Source of the DNA: an archaeon | Lineage (GTDB): Archaea; Asgardarchaeota; Thorarchaeia; Thorarchaeales; Thorarchaeaceae | Direction of reading: 5' to 3' | Length of the DNA: 35,645 nucleotides | Assembly: GCA_024276825.1 (NCBI GenBank) | Contig: JAJRWI010000040.1 | Location: 1 to 35,645, forward strand | Shown: positions 26,080-35,645 of the stretch, in pieces | Layout: each line of letters begins with the position of its first letter | How positions within the stretch are numbered: position 1 is the stretch's first letter | Position numbers and translations under genes: made by a program | Notes under the pieces: model-generated | What the model was told of the DNA's origin: nothing | The model's database searches: none | The model's input: only the letters and a program-made list of their open reading frames with translations

Positions 26080-29000
26080 TTGAGTAGCAGATTTAATAAG
26101 GTTCGTTTTTTGTCGCTTGTTTTTATTGCAATCTACATGCTTGGATTCATCCCACAAGCTGTCTGGGCTGGGCAAGCATTACCGAAAGATGATAACACCG
26201 TGCTACCCGCACCCTTTGAGGGATATGATCTAGACTACATTTATCTCTTCTATGATCCTGAAGATGAAGTCCTATCTGCTGTTGCAAATGCAGTGCATGA
26301 AATTCTGACATATCGTGTTAATAGCGTTAGAATGATTCCAGTTTCATCATACCTTGATTTGGAATATTACTTGCTCGATGAACCATGGATAGCAGTCTAT
26401 GCATTGCACTCAGGACTAAACGGGGTTACATTTCCTGATCGCAATATGTCCTGGCATCAGTTCTATCAGACGCTTAATAATCACAGGAGCACACGACATA
26501 TTGTAGGCATGGGCAATACGCTTGGTCTGATGAAAGATCTTCCAACGCGCAGCTCTTCAATTTACCACTGTGAGTCAGAACAGATTGACGGAATGCTCCT
26601 CATTATCTATGATCTCTGGACTATCTCCGAGATCATGGAGGACCGTGCCCAAGTCGATTCGAAATATGATCGTCCGAGTAAAGATGTCAAAGCCATGACC
26701 ATCAAGATTTATGGGGATAATCTGAATCAGGTGTTCAAACGTACGCTTGAGCCCATCAATCCAGTTGGTGAGGTCGACCCCCTTGCTCTGGAGAAAAGAA
26801 CAGAAGAGATGTGGGCAAGGCATAAGCCTGAAATTCGACCAGCAGCCTATAAAATGCAGGAAGATGGGTCTCTCAAAGAAATACCTCTAGATGAACTTCC
26901 TGAAGACTTCTCACCAGTGATCAAGCTCTCTTCGCCAGCAGAACTTTCGGAGAATGATTACGCACTTGGTGAAATTCCTCTGTTCTCTGCTCTGCGCGGT
27001 CCCATTGGTGAGATTATCGATGTCTTACTTAATGTTCTCGTAGGGGAGGGCCAGACGACAATCTCCATTCCCAGTGAAGTTGTTGATGGCTTGATGACTG
27101 CCCTTAAAGTAATAGAGCCACTAATTGGACTTGTAAACAACTCAGACAAGGACTCCGCAATTAAAGAGGTTATAGATGCCATAGCTTCAGAATTTCCGTT
27201 TATTGATGAATACAAGGGCTATCTCAACATATTAATGAAAGCACTGTTCAATATGCGTGGCGATTTCTCAAGCCTCCTAGAGATCGTCACCGAGTTGATC
27301 GTCTCTCTTCTGCCAGATTCAATCCCCAGTGAACTTACTGATTTTATTATGCAAATTCTTGGAGTGAATGATGGACTATGGGACCTAATCACTGAGACCA
27401 TAAACTCTGGCAAGGGCGTGTTCGACACCATTTTCAGTTTCTTTACAAAGAACAGCTTGAGTGCCATTCTCAATAAAACATTGGTCGCTGTTCTTGAGCT
27501 TGCACCCTCAGAAGTATCCACACTTCTTCCACGTATGACTGGCTTCATTAGTGCCGCAATTGATTTTCTTGCAACTCGTGATTATATGAAGTTTCTAACT
27601 GATGTGGCTGATGATCTTCTAGATACTCTTGTTCCAATGACTGGGCTTGAGGATGTAGTGGGCAAAATCATGAAAGTTGTAGAGCTAGCAATGACTGTTG
27701 TTGATCTCGTTGATAATTTTGATGCTGAATCAATTATGGATCTTGTCATTGAGATACTCCAAGAGTTCGTTCCTTCTGGACTTGTGCAAGATGCGGAAAC
27801 CCTTGCACGCAACTTGATGGATGTAGTGAAGAGATATAAAGAGGGTGGAATGCCTGATGTTAATGCTTTCAAGAGCGAGCTGGAATCTGCAATTTCACAG
27901 GCCGTGGCTGAAACAGTTCCTGAATCAACTCGCAATGTAATTCGTGACACTATCTCTCTTCTCGGTGCATATTTCAATGACGCCTTCGATAAGACCCAAC
28001 TTCCATCTCTATTTGATGTGGCCGTTGCGCTCGTAAACGAGTTTGCCGAATCAGCCACAGAGAATGGGGTCACACTTTCTCAGACTGAGGAATTGGTCGA
28101 TGCACTGAATAATGTGGTCAAACCGATTCTTGCAGTGATTGCTCAGGTTGCAGATTCTGACTCTCTGAAAGAGATAATCAGCCAGACAGTTTCTAATTTC
28201 AACAGCGAATTCAGTTCTATAGCAGATACTATTCTAGATGCAATTCAAGCCATGGACCTTGAAAATGTATTTAGTGGGATATCAGGTGTTATGGACACAC
28301 TTAATGACCTTGCTGAAATCGCTGGCGGTATCATTAATGTAATTAAGCTTGCCAAGGGCCAATCATTTCAAGGGATTATGCAGTCTCTTCTAATGACTGC
28401 AGGTTCAATCCTTGGTTCATTCCCTGCATTTGACGATGTTCCTCTTGATGCAGTCTTTGACCTGCTAAAGTCCTTCTTCCCTGATGCTTTTGGAATTGAT
28501 CCCCAAGACCTGCCAAGCAAGACTGAGATCATCAATACAATTCTTGATTATGCTTCTGGTCTGTTGAGTGGGATAATTGATCCCTCAACACTCCAGACAC
28601 TCCTTGAGTTCTTTATGGATGTCAAAGACATTTTCACTAACGGTGTACAATGGCTACTTGGCAAGATATTTGATTGGCTCAGCGGAATGCTGAATCCGCT
28701 CTTTGATGAGCTTGAACAGACAATAATGGGGCTCTTCGAAGGTGTGGGTGATCTACTCGGATACTCCACTAAGATTCCAATTGGCTTGGGCGACTGGTCA
28801 CTGTTTGACTTGACTGTTTCGCTGGGCATCCGTGCCAATTTCAATATTGATATTTCGCCATTGTTCGATATGATCTCGAGCATGATATTTGATGCTCGTA
28901 GCACATTCTCATTGACCAGCGTCGGAGACTTCATGAAAACAATATTTTCATTCTTTGAGATATCTCCACAATTCTACGCAGAGCTTGGCGTTGCTGGCTT

Positions 29001-32000
29001 TGATTCCTCCAAGAATGCAATCATGGGTACGTTGCTGAAGTCTTTAGGTCTAGAAATGACATTCGAGGGCAGTGCTCACTTTGTCATGACCCTCTTCACA
29101 TTCCGTGAAGGAATGTTTGAGTGGGAAGACTTCTTCAAGATTGTGGAATGGGGTCTGCATATCAAGATAACACTTGGGAAAGTCTTCACTCTTGCTGATC
29201 TATTCACTGCTGGACTTGGCGGCGGTGCCCTTGGTGCAGTGATGGAATTCTTAGGTCTTGACACGATTAAAATCACAATCTACTTTGGAGTTGAATTGGA
29301 CATTGTGAAGAAGGCGGCAACAGCGATTGCAGCAGAGGTGTCATCATTAACGCTGGCGATAACCTTTGGAATCTCCATCCATATTCCGATTGATATTGTA
29401 ATAGTTGCAATTATCATAGATGGTTCGATGGAGATAATCCTGACGTTCTTCCAAGACTTTGCATCCGGAGACCCAATGAAGATAATTCTGCGGCTGATCT
29501 TTACTGTCAAGATCAAATTCAAATTCCTGTTCTTTGAGGACTCGGCTGAGTGGACCTGGGAGCCGGGTGGACCTTGGGACCTAAGCCCCAAGAAGGGCGA
29601 GGAAGAGTATGAGAAATCTGGTGTTGGCTTCGATACTGATGAAGATGGTCTTAGCGATGAATATGAAGCCACCATTCCAGGCCTTGACCCCAATAAGCCT
29701 GACACTGATGATGATGGTGCCAGTGACAAACTGGAAGTCCAGACCATTGGAACTGACCCAGTGAATCCAGATAGTGATAATGATGGACTCCTAGATGGTG
29801 AGGAATGGGAGCTAGGCACTAATCCAATGCAACCAGACACGGATTGGGATGATATTAGTGACTATGATGAAGTCAAGGTCTATGGAACCGATCCTCTGTC
29901 GCAGGACACCGATGGGGACATGCTGAGCGACTCTTATGAAATATACACTCGATGGGACATGACTCAAATCACTCCTACAGTTGAGTATGTCACAATAGGT
30001 GGTGTGAAGTATGATGATCATACTGACCCATTGAACCCAGATACTGATGGCGATGGTGTTCTGGACGGACAGGAAGGGCCTATGGGGGCCTACTATGGCC
30101 TTGACTCGCTTTACAACGATACTGAAGGATCTGGCATGGACCCCTCACCATTAATCTTCAACTATGGCTATACTCATCCTCTAGATGCTGATACTGATGA
30201 TGACTCGTATCTGCAGTTATACAATGGCGACATTGATATGATGTTGGAGATGAAACTCTATCCTGCAGGAACCGAGGGTCAAGAATACCCGATGAGTGAT
30301 GGCAATGAGATTGCAGGTTTTGACATTATCTTGTACGATGATGATGGTGAGCCATATCAGAAGCATGTCTATACAAACCCCTGCAATCCAGACACAGATG
30401 GAGACACTGGCGTTTCTGAGAACGAACGAATTAACCCTCCAGCTGGTGCTTGGCTGAACTCGGATGGCTATGAGCTTGCTCAAGATCCGCCAAGTGATCC
30501 AACAGATGGCGATTCAGACGATGATGGTCTATTAGATGGTCTTGAGGGGGTTTTGCGTCAAGATAGTAATCACACCTTCTATTTGGACCCAGATACGGAT
30601 GATGATGGCCTTCCAGACATGCTGGACTTGCTTCTTGGAACAGATCCTCTCTCACCAGACACTGATCTTGATATGGTGTCTGATGGTGATGAGTTCTACA
30701 TATACGGCACTTCACCTGTCAACCCCGACACGGACTTTGATGGACTAACTGATGGTGAGGAGTTGTTCTTCTGGCACACTAATCCATTCTCAGACGATTC
30801 AGATGGTGATGGTCTCAAAGACGGCTACGAGGTATTGGTGACCGGAAGTGATCCCATGGATGAGGACAGTGATAATGACGGTCTCAATGATTTTGAGGAG
30901 TTCTTTATCTATTATACCCTGCCATTTGTTTACGACTCTGATGGCGATGGCCTGAGTGATGGCGAGGAGATAAAGATCTACTCAACTGACCCATTGGTCT
31001 GGGACACTGACCATGACTCTATTACTGAGCCCAATGAGTTTGGTGAGTTCACATGGCCAATGAGTGACTATCAAGAAATAATGATTCATGGAACAAACGC
31101 CACTGAGCCTGATAGCGATATGGATGGACTTGATGATGCCATTGAACTTTACCTTGGTTCAGGCGAGATTCCTTGGATGGACCCAATTCCTCTCAATGCT
31201 ACTAATCCAGACACAGACGGTGACCTTCTCTTAGATGGCTCAGAATTGATGCTTAAGAATGTCAGTGATATTGTCTATCCATATCGTGGAATCACAATAA
31301 TTCTACGGTTTAACTCATCGCCTGTGATGGCAGACACCGATAACGACAATCTCACCGACTATCAGGAGATTGTTGTATTCAATACGAATCCAGCGAACAA
31401 TGATACCGACAACGACACTATCACGGACTGGTGGGAGGTCTGGGTCTATAACACATCTGCCATATATGATGATACGGATGGCGATGGACTGTTTGATTAT
31501 GAGGAAACACTTACTGAAGTCTGGCCTTATGGGCCATGGCCCCCCGATAACTGGTCCATAGGAATGGGCTCTGGTGACAATGGTACGCCGGGTGGATGGA
31601 CACCCCCAGCTATGAACTCTATCAATGGGTTTGCCTTATCGCAAGAGCCAATCTATCCAACAAGTGCGACTGATCCTGATTCCGATAATGATTGGTTACC
31701 TGATGGTGCAGAAGTCTATCTCTATGGCAGTAATCCTATGAATAGCGACTCAGATGGAGATGGGGTGGATGACACCTATGAGTTTGATACTGATTATGAT
31801 GGTATGCCTGATGGTGTTGAGTTTCAACAGGGTCTCCAGGGTGTTGCTGGCGGAGGAATCATGAATCCCGATAGTGATTATGATGGCCTCCTTGATGGTG
31901 ATGAGTTCTATATCTACGGCACCGACCCCTCGAAGCTAGACACTGATGGAGATGGATATTCTGATGGCCTTGAGATTGCCTTGGGACTGGATCCATTGAC

Positions 32001-32607
32001 GCCAACATCGCCGGATGAGTTCAATTTGGCCTTGGCCACTGAACGTGGTAAGAATACTATGACAATTTTGCTTCCGAAGACTGGGGAAGTCACATACCAA
32101 GATGCACAACTTAGTGTTGTAAACTTCACTAATTTTCAAGACATGTGGTATCGCTACAATAACGGAACTGGTTGGAGCGACAACTACACACTGATTTACA
32201 ATCCAAGCGCTCAAATGTGGCAGAGCACCAATCAGACCTGGCCAACAGGCAACATAACAGTGCAGGTCTTTGGAAGAAACATGACTGGTGTGATTCATGC
32301 CGCAACTACCTACTTTGTTGTACTTCCGGGAACAACCCCCTTCCCATGGCTTCTTATAGGAGCAATAGCTGCAGCGGCTGTGGCCTCTGTAATAATCCTT
32401 TATGGCGGATATCGGAAGGGCCTTTGGAGTAAGTTGGGCGGGAAGGTCAAGAAGAAAGTTGGGAGAGGGAAATCTGACAAGTCCGAAAAGAGCGAAAAAG
32501 ATGGGTCTCCAGACAAGTCTGATTCTAAATCCAAACCCAAGAAATCTACGACTTCTAAGAAGAGCACGAAGACTAGCCCCAAGAAGGGGAAGAAAGGAGG
32601 CGATTAA
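26080..32607 (+). CDS. Giant (2175 aa) membrane-anchored surface protein with long helical region, beta-rich region and about 26 TSP3-like Ca-binding repeats
   Basis: Signal-peptide-like N-terminus, DxDxDGxxDxxE repeats, an N-glycosylation-sequon-rich beta domain near the C-terminus, TM helix at 32341-32412 and a basic tail. TTG start 9 nt after AAGGAGG. Confidence 0.92.
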   Translation: MSSRFNKVRFLSLVFIAIYMLGFIPQAVWAGQALPKDDNTVLPAPFEGYDLDYIYLFYDPEDEVLSAVANAVHEILTYRVNSVRMIPVSSYLDLEYYLLDEPWIAVYALHSGLNGVTFPDRNMSWHQFYQTLNNHRSTRHIVGMGNTLGLMKDLPTRSSSIYHCESEQIDGMLLIIYDLWTISEIMEDRAQVDSKYDRPSKDVKAMTIKIYGDNLNQVFKRTLEPINPVGEVDPLALEKRTEEMWARHKPEIRPAAYKMQEDGSLKEIPLDELPEDFSPVIKLSSPAELSENDYALGEIPLFSALRGPIGEIIDVLLNVLVGEGQTTISIPSEVVDGLMTALKVIEPLIGLVNNSDKDSAIKEVIDAIASEFPFIDEYKGYLNILMKALFNMRGDFSSLLEIVTELIVSLLPDSIPSELTDFIMQILGVNDGLWDLITETINSGKGVFDTIFSFFTKNSLSAILNKTLVAVLELAPSEVSTLLPRMTGFISAAIDFLATRDYMKFLTDVADDLLDTLVPMTGLEDVVGKIMKVVELAMTVVDLVDNFDAESIMDLVIEILQEFVPSGLVQDAETLARNLMDVVKRYKEGGMPDVNAFKSELESAISQAVAETVPESTRNVIRDTISLLGAYFNDAFDKTQLPSLFDVAVALVNEFAESATENGVTLSQTEELVDALNNVVKPILAVIAQVADSDSLKEIISQTVSNFNSEFSSIADTILDAIQAMDLENVFSGISGVMDTLNDLAEIAGGIINVIKLAKGQSFQGIMQSLLMTAGSILGSFPAFDDVPLDAVFDLLKSFFPDAFGIDPQDLPSKTEIINTILDYASGLLSGIIDPSTLQTLLEFFMDVKDIFTNGVQWLLGKIFDWLSGMLNPLFDELEQTIMGLFEGVGDLLGYSTKIPIGLGDWSLFDLTVSLGIRANFNIDISPLFDMISSMIFDARSTFSLTSVGDFMKTIFSFFEISPQFYAELGVAGFDSSKNAIMGTLLKSLGLEMTFEGSAHFVMTLFTFREGMFEWEDFFKIVEWGLHIKITLGKVFTLADLFTAGLGGGALGAVMEFLGLDTIKITIYFGVELDIVKKAATAIAAEVSSLTLAITFGISIHIPIDIVIVAIIIDGSMEIILTFFQDFASGDPMKIILRLIFTVKIKFKFLFFEDSAEWTWEPGGPWDLSPKKGEEEYEKSGVGFDTDEDGLSDEYEATIPGLDPNKPDTDDDGASDKLEVQTIGTDPVNPDSDNDGLLDGEEWELGTNPMQPDTDWDDISDYDEVKVYGTDPLSQDTDGDMLSDSYEIYTRWDMTQITPTVEYVTIGGVKYDDHTDPLNPDTDGDGVLDGQEGPMGAYYGLDSLYNDTEGSGMDPSPLIFNYGYTHPLDADTDDDSYLQLYNGDIDMMLEMKLYPAGTEGQEYPMSDGNEIAGFDIILYDDDGEPYQKHVYTNPCNPDTDGDTGVSENERINPPAGAWLNSDGYELAQDPPSDPTDGDSDDDGLLDGLEGVLRQDSNHTFYLDPDTDDDGLPDMLDLLLGTDPLSPDTDLDMVSDGDEFYIYGTSPVNPDTDFDGLTDGEELFFWHTNPFSDDSDGDGLKDGYEVLVTGSDPMDEDSDNDGLNDFEEFFIYYTLPFVYDSDGDGLSDGEEIKIYSTDPLVWDTDHDSITEPNEFGEFTWPMSDYQEIMIHGTNATEPDSDMDGLDDAIELYLGSGEIPWMDPIPLNATNPDTDGDLLLDGSELMLKNVSDIVYPYRGITIILRFNSSPVMADTDNDNLTDYQEIVVFNTNPANNDTDNDTITDWWEVWVYNTSAIYDDTDGDGLFDYEETLTEVWPYGPWPPDNWSIGMGSGDNGTPGGWTPPAMNSINGFALSQEPIYPTSATDPDSDNDWLPDGAEVYLYGSNPMNSDSDGDGVDDTYEFDTDYDGMPDGVEFQQGLQGVAGGGIMNPDSDYDGLLDGDEFYIYGTDPSKLDTDGDGYSDGLEIALGLDPLTPTSPDEFNLALATERGKNTMTILLPKTGEVTYQDAQLSVVNFTNFQDMWYRYNNGTGWSDNYTLIYNPSAQMWQSTNQTWPTGNITVQVFGRNMTGVIHAATTYFVVLPGTTPFPWLLIGAIAAAAVASVIILYGGYRKGLWSKLGGKVKKKVGRGKSDKSEKSEKDGSPDKSDSKSKPKKSTTSKKSTKTSPKKGKKGGD
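29632..31980 (+). repeat. Protein-level tandem array of about 26 thrombospondin-type-3-like DxDxDGxxDxxE repeats
   Basis: Hand count from DTDEDGLSDEYE to DTDGDGYSDGLE; the copies are degenerate at DNA level. Confidence 0.85.
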
Positions 32608-32609
32608 GA

Positions 32610-35600
32610 ATGAAATACAAGTTATTGACTCTGGTTGCATTAGTAATGCTCACCCTAGGGGGCTTTGCATTTATCCCATCGATGCCAATGGATAATGGCC
32701 CCTTCGAAGAGCTGGCACCCGCTAATGAATATTCAACGACTCAGATGACACAAATTGACATCGATCAAGATGAGTTTCAAAATCAAATATTAGACACTCT
32801 TGTTGGCGATACACGACCTGGAATACCCTCAGACTATGATCTGGGCGGAATTCTACAAGATAAGGATAATCAATACAAAACAATCTTTGAACCTTGGAAG
32901 ACTAAGGCTGCAATTCATGCAGTGGCCTATGATGAGGACACAGGATTTCTTGCTCTAGGTGGTGGCTATCTCTACGACAACGAGGTCCACATATTTCGTT
33001 TGAATCCTGAAACCAACAGGTTCGATAAGGTCTGGGACTCGGGAGACAGCATAATCAAGTCAGATGTTATTGCATTGGACTGGGGTGACACTGATCTCAA
33101 TGACTTCATTGAGGTTGTAGCTGCAAGTTCTGACGGGTTTGTCTATCTCTTTGAACAACGCCACATCTATGATCCGCAAGCTAATACTGAGAATATGTTT
33201 GATCATGTATGGACAAGTCCCTATACTTTCAGAGCATTTGATGTGAAGATCTACGATGCAGACAGGGACTATCGCGATGACATTATCATTGGAAGTTGGG
33301 ATGGCAAGGTCAGATGCTTTGAATATGATGACCACAGTGGTTATCCATTTGCAGAGGAGCATTGGATAAGCTTCCGTGAGGTCTGGAACTCTGGTGATGC
33401 CATTGATGGAAAAATCTATTCTATCGGTTATGGTGATACAAACTATAATGGTCTGCCAGAAATTGTAGCAGGCACTCGCGAGGGGCGTGTGTATGTCTTC
33501 GAGAATGCCGGAGTGCATTTGATGATCAATGGCGAGCCATTTCCACTGATCAATGACAACAACTATGACCTTGTTTGGACCTCCAAGAACTACACATGGC
33601 GACCGATCATGAGCATGGAGGTTGGAGAGCTTGATGGGACTCCCGGTGAGGAGATTGCCATGGTTGCTCAGGGTCAGGGGGTCTTCGTATTGAATTGGGA
33701 CGATGTTCGTCAGACCTATGATTATCATCGAGTCTTTAGACCATGGGATGCATGGCAAACCTCCGAGGTCGCTCCTTGGAGACTTGATTTTTGGGCAGAC
33801 AGTGTGGTTTCGGCAAATAATGTCACTTATCAACTTGCAAATGGAACAATAATTTCAGAACCTATCTCCTACAAGTACATTGGTGGTGGCCTATTCGATC
33901 CTGACGCAGAGTGCTATCCTTACAACACAGGAATGGCAAACGCGACCGATGGCTACTATTCTACTTTCAACGCGTTGCACAAGCCAAATGCAACAGCAGT
34001 GATAGACTTTGGGAAAGATGAAGAGGGTACTGGTAGTGCCAGTGTTGATTATGACATTGTAATACGATTTGATTCTGCTCCCAATATTAATGACATAAAC
34101 ATCTCCATTGGACAGTCATCCACTGATTTCAAACAGGTGAATCAAAGTCGAATGTTTGTTCTTGGTTCAAATCTGTATATTGATGTTGATGATGTTCTAT
34201 CGGCAGAACAATGGGACTGGTTCCGCTACATGCAGATTGTTGTCTTTCATGGCATGATTTACAAGATTGACTCAATTGAGCTCATGCAGGTCTATACCCA
34301 AATCACTTCTGCACTTACTGTAGCAATTGGTCCACTACCGAACGAGTTCAATTACTATGGTCCTCCTGACTCGTCAAACAGACTCATTGTGTCGACCGTG
34401 ATTGGAAACTTCTATGCCTTTGATTACAATGAAGTGAACGAGGACTATGATCTCATCTGGGACTCTTCACGTGATGATTTCTATTCACTTGGGACAAATG
34501 TCTGGGATATGAAATACATTGGATACTCTACAACAATCCCAATATTTCTCATGGGTGGAGTTGGATATAGCATGCCTTCCACATCGGGCAATTATCGTCA
34601 TGTGAGTGTTGGCGATCTTGATATAGTCGGTGATTGGACAGGAACTTCATTCCCGCATGATGTTCTTGTTATGGACACAAACAACGATATCACAGTCTAT
34701 CATGCACAAGGCCCATTGCTAACACAGGACACAACTGCAGGTAGCTATTTCGCCCCGATTAAGACTGAGATCGGCGATATTCCCGCATCAATTGAACTCG
34801 CATATTTGATTAATGGGCAGACCGTTGCAGTCGTTGGAACCTTTGATGATACTATTTCAACATCTGCAATATATGGGCAGGCACCTGGTACGCAGATTGG
34901 AAACATCCTATTCTTCTCACGTCCTGATGCCTCAAGTGCCTTTGAAACTCTAAATCAGCCAATGATAGATGACTTAGATAAGACTGGTGACATTGTTGTT
35001 GCCCTTAGTAACGCAAAAACAACCCCAAGGATGACATTTGTCGACTGGGATGGGGACAGTGACCTGGACATGCTGCTATCAACTGGGTTCCTCTATTATG
35101 TTGAAAACTTGGGAATCCCATCTGGTGATACTTGGCCAGAATTTGTGTTGCATCGCGGCTACTTTGAAACAATCAATGATATCAGTTCAATGAATGACTA
35201 TTGGGGTAAACCTGATGCGCTCGATATTGACCAAGACGGAGATCTTGATATTGTTTTGAACTATGACACTCGAAAGGGTGCCACTGTATGGATGAATGAA
35301 GGAACAAGTGATGAACCCATCTGGGTGCAGAACAAGAAGATACTATCCAACACTCGTCCAGAAACAAACTTGAAGTTCAATAATTACACAAATCTAATTG
35401 TAGTTCCTATGAGCTGGGCGCTTCCGCCAAAATTCTGGCAAGAATACAATGATCAATACGAGTCATTTGCTGATTCGGAGTATACACTAATGGCCTATAA
35501 TCCAAACTATGAATCTGCCATCTTCCTCTGGCCCGTCTATAATCAGGTGAGCAGCTATGTAGTAGCTACTTATCCAACAGTGAGAAAACTTGACTTTGCA

Positions 35601-35645
35601 ATACAATCAGAGGGAGGGTATAACTTTGGTTATCATATTATGGAC
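32610..35645 (+). CDS. Large secreted FG-GAP/VCBS beta-propeller protein, 3'-truncated (at least 1012 aa; absent from the ORF track)
   Basis: ATG 32610 lies 2 nt after the previous stop, with AAGGAGG upstream. MKYKLLTLVALVMLTLGGFAF signal peptide. Blades GDTDLNDFIEVVA, YDADRDYRDDIII, GDTNYNGLPEIVA, GELDGTPGEEIAM, VDWDGDSDLDMLL and LDIDQDGDLDIVL. The frame is open to the window end (...FGYHIMD). Confidence 0.92.
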   Translation, partial: MKYKLLTLVALVMLTLGGFAFIPSMPMDNGPFEELAPANEYSTTQMTQIDIDQDEFQNQILDTLVGDTRPGIPSDYDLGGILQDKDNQYKTIFEPWKTKAAIHAVAYDEDTGFLALGGGYLYDNEVHIFRLNPETNRFDKVWDSGDSIIKSDVIALDWGDTDLNDFIEVVAASSDGFVYLFEQRHIYDPQANTENMFDHVWTSPYTFRAFDVKIYDADRDYRDDIIIGSWDGKVRCFEYDDHSGYPFAEEHWISFREVWNSGDAIDGKIYSIGYGDTNYNGLPEIVAGTREGRVYVFENAGVHLMINGEPFPLINDNNYDLVWTSKNYTWRPIMSMEVGELDGTPGEEIAMVAQGQGVFVLNWDDVRQTYDYHRVFRPWDAWQTSEVAPWRLDFWADSVVSANNVTYQLANGTIISEPISYKYIGGGLFDPDAECYPYNTGMANATDGYYSTFNALHKPNATAVIDFGKDEEGTGSASVDYDIVIRFDSAPNINDINISIGQSSTDFKQVNQSRMFVLGSNLYIDVDDVLSAEQWDWFRYMQIVVFHGMIYKIDSIELMQVYTQITSALTVAIGPLPNEFNYYGPPDSSNRLIVSTVIGNFYAFDYNEVNEDYDLIWDSSRDDFYSLGTNVWDMKYIGYSTTIPIFLMGGVGYSMPSTSGNYRHVSVGDLDIVGDWTGTSFPHDVLVMDTNNDITVYHAQGPLLTQDTTAGSYFAPIKTEIGDIPASIELAYLINGQTVAVVGTFDDTISTSAIYGQAPGTQIGNILFFSRPDASSAFETLNQPMIDDLDKTGDIVVALSNAKTTPRMTFVDWDGDSDLDMLLSTGFLYYVENLGIPSGDTWPEFVLHRGYFETINDISSMNDYWGKPDALDIDQDGDLDIVLNYDTRKGATVWMNEGTSDEPIWVQNKKILSNTRPETNLKFNNYTNLIVVPMSWALPPKFWQEYNDQYESFADSEYTLMAYNPNYESAIFLWPVYNQVSSYVVATYPTVRKLDFAIQSEGGYNFGYHIMD

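Noticed and set aside
29632-31980. CRISPR array or DNA tandem repeat
   Set aside because: The periodicity is at protein level within an open frame; the DNA copies are degenerate with no constant repeat/spacer structure.
26575-33833. Antisense and alternate-frame ORFs (e.g. 27582-28073, 29280-29840, 31936-32640, 33060-33833)
   Set aside because: They are shadows of long, motif-rich genes and have no recognisable motifs. The same applies to 36-317, 10492-10938, 14956-15369 and similar short ORFs.

Overview
Archaeal chromosomal window, most likely from an Asgard archaeon (Thorarchaeia-like). This assignment is an inference from a Rab-like small GTPase, a V4R protein, a longin-like protein, a PCI-like winged helix, a geranylgeranyl-reductase-family enzyme and GGAGG/GGTGA ribosome-binding sites. 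From left to right: (1) the 3' end of a molybdopterin oxidoreductase gene, whose terminal segment is repeated 971 bp downstream as a dead copy at the start of an AT-rich accessory islet (~630-5900) encoding membrane and surface proteins; (2) housekeeping and unknown genes (M29 aminopeptidase, two Zn-finger proteins, a PCI-like membrane protein, TauE, SDR); (3) a coupled small GTPase / Zn-finger-winged-helix / V4R operon whose GTPase appears to start at an ATT codon; (4) a GGR-family oxidoreductase and an MFS transporter; (5) five cytoplasmic histidine kinases with one stand-alone receiver, the last kinase-receiver pair co-oriented with a longin/winged-helix protein; (6) a structured ~140-nt leader preceding a giant cell-surface operon: a 2175-aa protein with about 26 Ca-binding repeats and a >1012-aa FG-GAP propeller protein that is missing from the ORF track. 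I saw no rRNA, tRNA, CRISPR array or transposase. All family assignments come from reading motifs by eye; no database searches were run.
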